NCBI GenBank assembly: GCA_000997385.1
Contig: LCBT01000001.1
Location: forward strand, 307,663-371,662
DNA: 64,000 nt
Reading direction: 5' to 3'
Origin: Candidatus Daviesbacteria bacterium GW2011_GWA1_41_61
GTDB taxonomy: Bacteria; Patescibacteriota; Microgenomatia; Daviesbacterales; UBA10151
This document shows positions 9,571 through 18,297 of the stretch, piece by piece. The position numbers were made by a program, and so were the translations under genes. Positions within the stretch are counted from its first letter, which is position 1. The number at the start of each line of letters is the position of its first letter. Below the pieces are notes generated by a model that was not told the DNA's origin, searched no databases, and was given only the letters and a program-made list of their open reading frames with translations.

Positions 9571-10242
9571 ATGGCTAAGACTATACTGGTAGTCGAAGAT
9601 GATGCTGCTTTGCAAAAATACCTTAAAGAACTTCTGATGAGTGAAGATTTTGCGGTTCAAACAGCTTCGGATGGGGTGCAGGCATTAAATACTATCCAAA
9701 AACTTCCTCCTGATTTAGTAATTTTAGATTTGGGGCTGCCCAATATGAGTGGCGAATCAGTTTGCATGGAGATCCGCAAAAAATATCCAAATCTGCGGGT
9801 AATTATTCTTACGGCCAAAGATGGGGTAACGGATATCATTCATGGTTTAGATCTGGGAGCTGACGATTATATCACCAAGCCCTTCTTGGCAGATGAGTTG
9901 CTAGCCCGTATCAAAGCCAGACTGCGTTACCAAAACGGCAATGAAAACACCCTTAAAGTAGATAATTTAGAGCTTGATAACAAAACCTTCGAAGTGAAAA
10001 GACAAGGCAAGCAAATTCAGCTTACTCCCCAAGAGTTTAAACTACTCCAGTACCTAATGAGCAACAAGGGGAGAATTTTGACCCGGGAGATGATTTTAAA
10101 CCGGGTTTGGCTTTTTAATCCGGATATTGAAACTCGGGTCGTTGATGTCTATATGGGATACCTTCGCAAAAAAATCGATACGGGATATGACAAAAAACTC
10201 CTTCATTCCGTTAGAGGCTTCGGCTACATGATTAAAGACTAG
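9571..10242 (+). CDS. OmpR-family response regulator (receiver plus winged-helix)
   Basis: ILVVEDD ... DLVILDLGLP ... LTAKD receiver motifs and a C-terminal trans_reg_C winged helix (VDVYMGYLRKKID). Confidence 0.85.
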   Translation: MAKTILVVEDDAALQKYLKELLMSEDFAVQTASDGVQALNTIQKLPPDLVILDLGLPNMSGESVCMEIRKKYPNLRVIILTAKDGVTDIIHGLDLGADDYITKPFLADELLARIKARLRYQNGNENTLKVDNLELDNKTFEVKRQGKQIQLTPQEFKLLQYLMSNKGRILTREMILNRVWLFNPDIETRVVDVYMGYLRKKIDTGYDKKLLHSVRGFGYMIKD

Positions 10243-11414
10243 CCGCCCTCCGGCAGTCTGACTATTGGTAACCTTATCTCTACCAAAGTACCCCGGTTGA
10301 CTTTAGAATGCAAATGGATCGAGCCGTGGTGTTCTTCAATAATACTTTTGGAAAGATACAAGCCCAACCCCATTCCCTTTTGGGAAGACTGGCTTCCCTT
10401 ATAAAACCCGTCAAAAACCCGTGGTAAATCTTTTTTAGCAATCCCTTCACCTTTATCTTGGACCTGAAGAATAAGGCAAGGTACCTTCACCTTTAAAATA
10501 ATAGAGACCAAAGTATTAGGCGATGAAAATTTAGCTGCGTTATCTAAGACGTTGGTTACCACTTGTAATAATTTACCAAAATCCCCCACTACCAAAACCC
10601 GCTTTTTCCCACTTTCATCCTTAAATATGACCTTCCAACCGGGGTGACTAAAATTAAAATTCTTTATAGACCGGTCAATCACTTTCCTTACGTCGCATTC
10701 CTTCCAATCATATTGGAGTTGTCCGGCCCTGATACGGCTTGTTTCCAACAGTTTGTTAACTAAGGAGGTAAGCCTCAGAGTTTCCACATACAGGTCCCTT
10801 ACCCACCTGGCCTGAGGGGTATTTTCTTCTTTCATCTTATTATTAAGCAGTTGCATATAACCGTGAATGGTTGTGATAGGAGTCCTAAGCTCATGAGCGG
10901 CCATAGAGATAAATAAATCCCGTACCTCTAAAGCTTTTTTTGTTTCAGAATATAGCTGGGTTTTTTTGATTACTAAACTAACTAGTAAACCGAAGAGTTT
11001 CAAATCATTCTGCTGTTTAGCCGTAAGCTTTTCATCTCTAGGAGAATGAATAATTAAAACTCCCATTGTACCCTTGGGGTAGGAAAGAGGTATCAAAACA
11101 TGGGATTTGATATCTTCTCTGCCTAAATTTCCCAGTATCATTTGCGGTCCCAGGGCTGGTTTAGTAGAAATTTGTCCATCTCGAAATACTTTGGAAAGGG
11201 AATTATGTTTATTGATCCTTAGTCCAGAAGGCAAGGGGAGAGAGCTGTACGTAACTTTAAACTCTCCTTCTTGTTGTAATATTAAAGAAGCATGTTTAGC
11301 CTTTAATAAAGTCACTCCTTCTTTGACTATAGTAACATACACTTCTTCTGAAGATAAAGGCTGCAAGAATTTTAAAACCGATTTGTAGATTTTATTTAAT
11401 GTACTATTCATCAC
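10239..11414 (-). CDS. cytoplasmic sensor histidine kinase (GAF-like N-terminus, HisKA, HATPase_c)
   Basis: H-box HELRTPITTIHGY and a G-box GMGLGLYLSKSIIEEHHG. No transmembrane segments. Confidence 0.85.
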   Translation of the reverse strand: MMNSTLNKIYKSVLKFLQPLSSEEVYVTIVKEGVTLLKAKHASLILQQEGEFKVTYSSLPLPSGLRINKHNSLSKVFRDGQISTKPALGPQMILGNLGREDIKSHVLIPLSYPKGTMGVLIIHSPRDEKLTAKQQNDLKLFGLLVSLVIKKTQLYSETKKALEVRDLFISMAAHELRTPITTIHGYMQLLNNKMKEENTPQARWVRDLYVETLRLTSLVNKLLETSRIRAGQLQYDWKECDVRKVIDRSIKNFNFSHPGWKVIFKDESGKKRVLVVGDFGKLLQVVTNVLDNAAKFSSPNTLVSIILKVKVPCLILQVQDKGEGIAKKDLPRVFDGFYKGSQSSQKGMGLGLYLSKSIIEEHHGSIHLHSKVNRGTLVEIRLPIVRLPEGG

Positions 11415-12697
11415 TACTGGCTGCCGTTACCGTTGGCTATTTCCATCCTTTGAATATTTGCCCCCAAACCCACTAACTTTCCTACCACATCCTCGTACCC
11501 CCTCTCAATCAACTCAGCCCGGTTAATAATGCTCTTCCCTTCAGCTACCAAAGCCGCCAAAACTAAAGCCATCCCCGCCCTAATGTCAGGTGTTTCTAAA
11601 TTCCTTCCAAAAAGTCTCGTTGGTCCGGAGATTAAAACCCGGTGCGGGTCAGCAATGGTGATATTGGCTCCCATACTGATAAGTTTATCTACAAAAAACA
11701 TCCTTGACTCATAAACCCAATCATGAAGAAGTGAGATCCCCCTTGCTTGAGTGGCCAACACTATCATTACACTCATTAGATCCGTGGGAAAACCCGGCCA
11801 AACATTAGTAATAAGTTTGGAGATGGCAGCAATCTTTTTAGCGGAAACCTTTATTACTCGCTCGCCACGAGTAATCGATACACCCATCTTTGATAAAGGC
11901 CAAATGACGGGCTCAAGATCTAAATTATGACAATTTTCTATCTCTATCTCCCCGCCTGTAATCGCTGCAGCAATAGCATAAGTCCCAAATTCTATATTAT
12001 CTGAACCAATAGTAAATTCTGTACCTCTTAATTTTTCTACGCCGTCAATAGTTAAAGTGGAGGTCCCTATACCTTCAATAGAAGCCCCCATAGAAATTAA
12101 CATTAAGCAAAGGTCGATTACATGAGGCTCACAAGCAGCGTTGCGGATAACTGTTCTCCCTTTTCTTATTACCGAGGCTAAAATTAAATTCTCTGTTCCT
12201 GTGACAGTAGCTATCTCTAAAAAGATTCTGGCATCCGACATGACATTTGTACCCTTTAATACTTTATAGTTGTGATCATTAACCGAGACCTTACAACCAA
12301 GTTGTCTAAATCCTTCTAAATGGAGGTTTATATCCCGTTTACCGATAACATCTCCTCCCGGATGAAAAAACTCTATTTTCCCTGTTCTTGCCAGCAGCGG
12401 CCCAACCAATAATATGGAAGCCCTAAGTTTACTAGCTAACTGTTGAGTTAAGACAGAATTTTTTATCTTACTGCATTTCACTTTCACTTCTTGATCGCGG
12501 GTTTCTACTTTTGCTCCAAATTGCATTAGTATTTCCGTAAGGACCCGGACATCAGAAATCATCGGCACATTTTTTAAAACTACTTCCTCCCCTGTAAGTA
12601 ATGATGCAGCCAGACAAGGTAAAATGGCATTTTTATTTCCCGAGATTTTAACTCGGCCTTCTAAAATCTTTCTTCCTTCAATGATATATCTAGTCAT
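11414..12697 (-). CDS. murA: UDP-N-acetylglucosamine 1-carboxyvinyltransferase
   Basis: MTRYIIEGRKILEGRVKISGNKNAILPCLAA and full-length EPSP-synthase-fold MurA. The active-site loop PGGDVIGKRDINLH has Asp in place of the fosfomycin-target Cys. Confidence 0.9.
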   Translation of the reverse strand: MTRYIIEGRKILEGRVKISGNKNAILPCLAASLLTGEEVVLKNVPMISDVRVLTEILMQFGAKVETRDQEVKVKCSKIKNSVLTQQLASKLRASILLVGPLLARTGKIEFFHPGGDVIGKRDINLHLEGFRQLGCKVSVNDHNYKVLKGTNVMSDARIFLEIATVTGTENLILASVIRKGRTVIRNAACEPHVIDLCLMLISMGASIEGIGTSTLTIDGVEKLRGTEFTIGSDNIEFGTYAIAAAITGGEIEIENCHNLDLEPVIWPLSKMGVSITRGERVIKVSAKKIAAISKLITNVWPGFPTDLMSVMIVLATQARGISLLHDWVYESRMFFVDKLISMGANITIADPHRVLISGPTRLFGRNLETPDIRAGMALVLAALVAEGKSIINRAELIERGYEDVVGKLVGLGANIQRMEIANGNGSQ

Positions 12698-12802
12698 ATT
12701 TTTAGTAACAAGCCAGTATAATTACTACGTAATTATACTCCATTAAGAAAAATCCAAAAATATGGCTTAAAGAAGGCTAAATTAGGTTTATCTCAAGATA
12801 TT

Positions 12803-13003
12803 TTAAGTTGTTCTTAAAGCGCTCTCATCTTCAAATTCTACGGGAACTACCAAACGGGGCTCTGCTACTCCCTCCACCAAATAAAGAGTGCTCATATAAA
12901 AAAACAGTATTCCTAAAAATATCAGCAACAGCAAGCCAATAATAAATCTGGCTTCCCTAGACCCTATTTTGGTCTGAGACAGGTAACTAAAAAGGGAATT
13001 CAT
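12803..13003 (-). CDS. small single-pass membrane protein, hypothetical
   Basis: 66 aa with one hydrophobic helix and no family assignment. Confidence 0.3.
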   Translation of the reverse strand: MNSLFSYLSQTKIGSREARFIIGLLLLIFLGILFFYMSTLYLVEGVAEPRLVVPVEFEDESALRTT

Positions 13004-13102
13004 TATAGCTATCTTAAGGATATAAAGAAATAAATCAGTGCAGAAAGGGTAAGAATTTTGTCAGAACAAAATTATTGTGATAATGTGATTATCTAAAGAA
13101 TT

Positions 13103-14425
13103 CTATAAGAGCCTTGGATATTTGGAAACTAGGGATTTTATTCTGGCTAAAGTTTCCTCTTCTCCCAAGATTTGGATGCTTTCAAAAAGGGGAGGGGTGA
13201 CCAGTTGGCCGGAGACGGCAACTCTAATCAGTTGAAAGATACTGCCGGCAGGAACACCTAATTCTTCAGCTAAATTTCTAAAAGTTTTTTCAAACTCTTC
13301 ACTTTTCCAAGGTTTTTTTAACTCCTCCAGTTTATAAACCACCTTATCCAAAACATCTTTTATATCTAAATTATCCAGTTTAATCTTTTTAAAAACCTCC
13401 AGATCATATTCCGGCTTCTCCCACAAAAAATCTGTTAAAGGTATAAAATCGGATAACTTTTTAATCCTTTCCTTTATCAAAGGCACCACTTTTTCAATCT
13501 CCTCTTCTGTAGGGTGATCCTGGGGAGTTAAAGTACCTTCTGATAACTCTCTTAAATACTGATAAATTTGAGTTTTGAGTTTTGAGTTTTGAGTTTTTCT
13601 AATATATTCTCCATTCATCCACTCCAGCTTGGTAATATCAAAAACCCCCGGTGCTACATGGACATCTTTGATATCAAACTCTTTGGCCATCTCATCCAGT
13701 GTCAAAAATTCCTTTTCCGAAGGAGGAGTCCAACCTAAAAAAGCCATATAGTTAAGGATTGCTTCCGGTAAAAAACCATCTTTGCGAAATTCAGAGACCG
13801 ATCTGGCCCCATGTCTTTTAGAGAGTTTGGATCGATCTGTACCTAAAATAAGAGGGAGATGCGCATACTGCGGGACATCCCAACCAAAAGCCTGGAATGT
13901 CAGGATGTGTTTGGGGGTGGAAGGAAGCCATTCCTCAGCTCTAATTACAGGATTTGTTTCCATTATATGATCATCAACCACATGGGCTAGATGATATGTA
14001 GGAAAACCGTCAGATTTTAGTAGAACAAAATCTTTCTGACTGTTGAAATCAAAAACTACCTTTCGACTTCCAATTAAATCATTAAACTCAACCTTACCGT
14101 CTTTAGGTATTTTAAACCAAATCGCTCCTTCTTGTTCATAAGCCATACCTTTATCAACTAACTCTCTGGCATACTTTTGATAAAGTTCTTTTCTCTCTGA
14201 CTGGATAACCAGCCCTTCAAAATCTAAACCCAACCACTTTAAACTATCAATAATATCTTCTGTTGCCCCCTCTACGAACCGGTTACGATCAGTGTCTTCA
14301 ATTCTTAAAGAAAAGATTCCACTATTTTTCCTAGCTACCAGATATGCATAAAGTGCAGTTCTTACACCGCCAATATGCATCATCCCTGTAGGTGAAGGGG
14401 CAAATCTTGTTTTTACCTTATCCAT
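13103..14425 (-). CDS. gltX: glutamate--tRNA ligase
   Basis: HIGH motif (PSPTGMMHIGG) and KMSKS motif (KLSKRHG). The start is likely MDKVKTRF at 14425. Confidence 0.9.
   Translation of the reverse strand: MDKVKTRFAPSPTGMMHIGGVRTALYAYLVARKNSGIFSLRIEDTDRNRFVEGATEDIIDSLKWLGLDFEGLVIQSERKELYQKYARELVDKGMAYEQEGAIWFKIPKDGKVEFNDLIGSRKVVFDFNSQKDFVLLKSDGFPTYHLAHVVDDHIMETNPVIRAEEWLPSTPKHILTFQAFGWDVPQYAHLPLILGTDRSKLSKRHGARSVSEFRKDGFLPEAILNYMAFLGWTPPSEKEFLTLDEMAKEFDIKDVHVAPGVFDITKLEWMNGEYIRKTQNSKLKTQIYQYLRELSEGTLTPQDHPTEEEIEKVVPLIKERIKKLSDFIPLTDFLWEKPEYDLEVFKKIKLDNLDIKDVLDKVVYKLEELKKPWKSEEFEKTFRNLAEELGVPAGSIFQLIRVAVSGQLVTPPLFESIQILGEEETLARIKSLVSKYPRLL
13570..13597. repeat. perfect tandem heptamer (GAGTTTT)x4 inside gltX
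   Basis: Directly visible in the sequence. In frame on the minus strand it encodes KTQNSKLKTQ. Confidence 0.9.
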
Positions 14426-14472
14426 ATGAAAGATATTATACAGCCTATTCTTATTTCTGTATAATAAAAGTA

Positions 14473-15495
14473 ATGACACTATCTCAGACTACTGCTGTAA
14501 CCAGAAAAGGAATAGTCTTTTTTGGCATCTTCCTGCTTTTGGTGACTTTGAGCTTAATTGGTTATAACCTCTATAAACAATACGAACTGGCTCACCGCAA
14601 ACCAATAGAGGAAAAACCGGAGATGAGATTTGGTACCCTGCCCAAGATTAAATTTCCAGCCCAAACTGTCTCCTCTTCTAACTTTACCTATTCTTTGGAT
14701 ACCACCACCGGAGAACTCCCTCAAGTGCCCAAACTTTTAAAAGTTTATTTTATCCCTCAAACCGGGATCTCTTTGATGGATGCCGATTATGCCAAACAAT
14801 TAGCTGAAAAGCTAGGTTTCCCTCAGGGTCCGCAAATTCTGGCTACCACTGAGTATAAGTTTACCAATGATCAAGATGCCAGCCTGATTATTAATATCAC
14901 CACAGGCAACTTCCACTTCCAAAGACAGGTTATCCCCACCAAGGATGACCCTCCCCAAGGTTCATTCCCGGAGAAAGAGAGATTAATTGGCGATTTTAAA
15001 CAGTTCTTATCATCTAAAGACGTTCTGCCTCCGGAGTTACAAAATGGCACAGGAAATGTCACTTATTCAGGTTCAGGTGATGAAGAAACAGCCCATCTTT
15101 CCCTTTGGCCAGCGGATATTGATAAAATGACGGTCATCACACCTCAGTTCACTCAGGGATTAGTCCGGGCCACTGTTACTAAACATACCCTGGAAGCCAA
15201 TAAATATATTGATATTAATTTTATCTTCTGGCCGGTTGATAAAGCCTCATCCTCCACCTATCTTCTTAAACTCCCTGCCCAGGCTTTTTCTGAGTTAAAG
15301 ATCGGGCAGGGATTTGTAGCTTTAGAACCTGACCAGCCCCAAGTTTCCATCTCTTCGGTTTATCTGGCTTATTATCAGTCGGAAAGCTACAGTCCCTACC
15401 TTCAGCCGGTCTATGTTTTTGATGGCCCGCAGTTTATCGCTTTAGTCCCAGCCATAGGCGCTTCCCTAACACCAACTGATGCTACTCCCAAATAA
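14473..15495 (+). CDS. membrane-anchored hypothetical protein
   Basis: N-terminal transmembrane helix (GIVFFGIFLLLVTLSLIGY) followed by a Pro/Thr-containing soluble domain. No family recognised. The start is uncertain. Confidence 0.45.
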   Translation: MTLSQTTAVTRKGIVFFGIFLLLVTLSLIGYNLYKQYELAHRKPIEEKPEMRFGTLPKIKFPAQTVSSSNFTYSLDTTTGELPQVPKLLKVYFIPQTGISLMDADYAKQLAEKLGFPQGPQILATTEYKFTNDQDASLIINITTGNFHFQRQVIPTKDDPPQGSFPEKERLIGDFKQFLSSKDVLPPELQNGTGNVTYSGSGDEETAHLSLWPADIDKMTVITPQFTQGLVRATVTKHTLEANKYIDINFIFWPVDKASSSTYLLKLPAQAFSELKIGQGFVALEPDQPQVSISSVYLAYYQSESYSPYLQPVYVFDGPQFIALVPAIGASLTPTDATPK

Positions 15496-16411
15496 AGTTA
15501 TCAAAAGTCCAGTTAATCAAAGATTGAGTTTCACCAAAACGGTCATCGCTTCCTAGAACCACAATAAGTATCCTGTGTCCATCTCTTGCTAAAAGAGTTA
15601 CTAGATTCTCCTTAGCTGCAGGAGTAGTGCCGGTTTTAACCCCTAAAACCCCGGGTAAATCCAACAAACGGTTAAGATTTTTTAAAAAATGGACCTGGCT
15701 GTTATCCGATGAGGCAACAGTGGCTTCTTTAGTAGCAAAAATACGGGCTAAAGTTGGATTTTCGGAGGCGATGGCAGATATTTTAGCCAAGTCAAAAGCT
15801 GAGGAAAAATGGCTGGGGCTGTCAAACCCGGCTGGATTATCAAAAAAAGTATTGATAAGTCCCAGCTTCAAAGATTGTTGATTCATCTCTTGGACAAAGG
15901 TAGAGACTCCTCCGGGATAATTTTTAGCCAGAGTGTAGGCTGCATCGTTTCCAGAGTTTAAAAGCAGTCCATAAAGCAAACTGCGGAAGGTCAACTTCTC
16001 CCCTTCCTCCAAACCCATATTAGAACCCTCCACTAAAGCTGACTTAGGAACGGTTAAGCTATCATCTGCCTGGTAATAATTGGCTGCCACCAGCGCGGTC
16101 ATAATTTTGGTGGTTGAGGCAATAGGCACTCTTTTGTTGGGATCTTTGACAAAAAGCAAAAAATCCGCATCCAGGTCCTTAACTAAAGCTGCAGTAGCTG
16201 AAATTACCGGAGCTTCCAGCCCCAAACTTTGCGGAGTAAGATTGACTCTTTTGGTTCCAGCTACCTGGGGTCGATCATTTTGAGCGTAAACAGTGTTATT
16301 AGGCAGCCCCTTAGCCACTATTTGAGTCTGAGCCACGTCCAAAGCTTGGGGTAAACCCAAAAGGACAGTTATCGAGACCAGTAGAATTGCTAAAGCATAA
16401 ACTATGGGCAT
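15482..16411 (-). CDS. serine-type D-Ala-D-Ala carboxypeptidase (PBP5/DacA-like)
   Basis: Signal-anchor N-terminus, SxxK (ASTTKIMT) and SxN (LLNSGND) motifs. Confidence 0.8.
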   Translation of the reverse strand: MPIVYALAILLVSITVLLGLPQALDVAQTQIVAKGLPNNTVYAQNDRPQVAGTKRVNLTPQSLGLEAPVISATAALVKDLDADFLLFVKDPNKRVPIASTTKIMTALVAANYYQADDSLTVPKSALVEGSNMGLEEGEKLTFRSLLYGLLLNSGNDAAYTLAKNYPGGVSTFVQEMNQQSLKLGLINTFFDNPAGFDSPSHFSSAFDLAKISAIASENPTLARIFATKEATVASSDNSQVHFLKNLNRLLDLPGVLGVKTGTTPAAKENLVTLLARDGHRILIVVLGSDDRFGETQSLINWTFDNFIWE

Positions 16412-16421
16412 TTATCTACAT

Positions 16422-17747
16422 TTATTTAATGGTTGAAAGTCTCACATCAACTCTTTCCATATCCCTGGGAAAAAGCGATGCTTCTCTAATATTTGCTAAA
16501 CCAAGGATGTGCATCACAATGCGCTCAGAGCCAAAAGAAAAACCTCCCTCTGGGGGCAAACCGTATTTAAAAGCCTGAAGATATAGCTCACTCTTTTTTA
16601 AATCTACACCTTTCTCTTTAGCTTTTTCCACCAAAACATCATAGTTATTAATTCTTTGACCGCCTGTCAGCCATTCCGTCCCTCGGCCAATTAAATCAAA
16701 ACTTAAGGTGTATCCTGGGTCATCTGGATCTTCATAAGTATAGAAAGGTCTCTTTGACACGGGATAATGAGTCACAAAAACAAGCTCTGAACCATGCTCT
16801 TCAAGTGCCCAACGACTGATTTCCCGCTCATCTTCCGGCTCTAAATCTGGTTCTTCTCTATTATCACGACCAGTTCGTTTATAAATAATTTCCTGAGCTT
16901 CACGTAACTTTACTCGGGGCAGCTTTTCAGAAATCTGAGGAGCAGATGTCTTAAACATTTTTAATATATCTACACATTCTTTATCTACACGATCAAGAAT
17001 ATACTTAATAACATACTCCACCATATCCATTACATCTTGCCAAGATTCAATAAAACCAAACTCTCCATCTAAAGTAGTTACTTCTGTTAAGTGGCGAGTA
17101 GTTACTGAGGGCTCAGCACGTAAAGTTTTATTTACAGTAAAAACCCTTTCAAACACCCCCACCATAATTTGTTTATAAAATTGTGGGCTTTGAGCAAGAT
17201 AAGCTTTATGATCAAAATATTTCACTTCAAAAACCTCTGCCCCACCTTCAGCGGTTTGGGGAATGATCACCGGGGATTGAAATTCGGTAAAATCTTTCTT
17301 TTTAAGGGCTTCCCGGAAAGCATCAATGACTATTTCTTGCACCTTAAACACCTCTTTGACTTTAGGATGTCTTAAAGTTAAAGCACGGTAATCCAAAAGG
17401 GTTGGCAGCTGTAAATCCAGCTCTTTACCCCCCATGTCAAAGGGAAGCTCTTCGGCTTTAGATAAAACTTCTATCTTTTCTGCCTGAAGTTCAATAGTAC
17501 CTGTTTCTAAATTTGGGTTAATCAGTTTTTCCGGTCTTTGGGCAACTTTCCCTTCAATGCAGACCACATCCTGAGAATGAAGATCCCCAGCCACTTCCCC
17601 TGTAGCTACTACCTGAATTACCGCCGATCTGTCTAAAACATCAAGGAAGACTATCTTTCCATGGTCACGCCTGACCTGCACCCAACCACAGATTTTTACT
17701 TTCTCCCCAACTTTATTATTACAGTCTAAAATCAGTGCCCTCTCCAT
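16422..17747 (-). CDS. aspS: class II aminoacyl-tRNA synthetase, archaeal/eukaryotic-type aspartate--tRNA ligase (AspRS/AsnRS family)
   Basis: N-terminal OB anticodon-binding domain, motif 2 (LRAE...TRH..EF) and motif 3 (GGFSFGSERIVM). 441 aa. Confidence 0.8.
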   Translation of the reverse strand: MERALILDCNNKVGEKVKICGWVQVRRDHGKIVFLDVLDRSAVIQVVATGEVAGDLHSQDVVCIEGKVAQRPEKLINPNLETGTIELQAEKIEVLSKAEELPFDMGGKELDLQLPTLLDYRALTLRHPKVKEVFKVQEIVIDAFREALKKKDFTEFQSPVIIPQTAEGGAEVFEVKYFDHKAYLAQSPQFYKQIMVGVFERVFTVNKTLRAEPSVTTRHLTEVTTLDGEFGFIESWQDVMDMVEYVIKYILDRVDKECVDILKMFKTSAPQISEKLPRVKLREAQEIIYKRTGRDNREEPDLEPEDEREISRWALEEHGSELVFVTHYPVSKRPFYTYEDPDDPGYTLSFDLIGRGTEWLTGGQRINNYDVLVEKAKEKGVDLKKSELYLQAFKYGLPPEGGFSFGSERIVMHILGLANIREASLFPRDMERVDVRLSTIK

Positions 17748-17804
17748 CGTGGTTTGATAATAACAACTCCTACTTACCTTGGCAATACTCTTAACAGAAA
17801 ACTA

Positions 17805-18053
17805 TTAGTAATATGGAGTATTCAGAGTGCTTTCCTGTACTCCGCTAATAAGTACATCTGCAAGTTGATCCACGGCTTTAGGATCTCCTTCAACACCCTT
17901 AAGCAACTCTTCCACTGCCTGCCGATAGTTGAGAACGCAAAGATTTCGAGCCTGGCTGAGCGCTGTCGCTACAGTCACCACTCTTGCATTATCTGGTTCA
18001 CCAACTTGTGGTGTTTCTTCTGACTGTCCTCTTAGATATTCTTGTTTGCACAT
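17805..18053 (-). CDS. hypothetical protein (82 aa)
   Basis: ATG at 18053 sits 7 nt downstream of AAAGGAGGTG. The ORF-track GTG start at 18089 is probably upstream of the real start. No family recognised. Confidence 0.5.
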   Translation of the reverse strand: MCKQEYLRGQSEETPQVGEPDNARVVTVATALSQARNLCVLNYRQAVEELLKGVEGDPKAVDQLADVLISGVQESTLNTPYY

Positions 18054-18089
18054 TTTATTTACACCTCCTTTCAAGTAATTTTTAACCAC

Positions 18090-18112
18090 AAAAAAACCTC
18101 CCTTGCGGGAGG
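18090..18112 (-). terminator. intrinsic terminator / attenuator hairpin immediately upstream of the RBS of the 82-aa ORF
   Basis: On the minus strand, CCUCCC-GCAA-GGGAGG is followed by UUUUUUU, then GUGGUUAAAAAUUACUUGAAAGGAGGUG-AUG. Confidence 0.55.
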
Positions 18113-18275
18113 TAGGCTTCTTTTATCCTGGAAAACTTTTTTTAAGTTCTCAGGACACCAACCAACCTCCCTTTAGGGGGAGTAAACCAAAAGTAAAAAA
18201 AATTTGGTTGGTTGCTTAACATTGACTATTAATAAAATAGCAAATCTTGACAGTATCGTCAAGTAGAATACAAAC
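18113..18275 (-). promoter_or_regulatory. structured leader with candidate promoter (TTGACG-17-TATTTT) and alternative pairings (CAACCAACCAAA / GGUUGGUUGG; CUCCCCC / GGGAGG)
   Basis: Complementary segments are mutually exclusive with the terminator stem, which suggests an antiterminator/terminator switch. The class is not recognisable. Confidence 0.35.
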
Positions 18276-18297
18276 TGAGACTGCTTAATGGATAATT

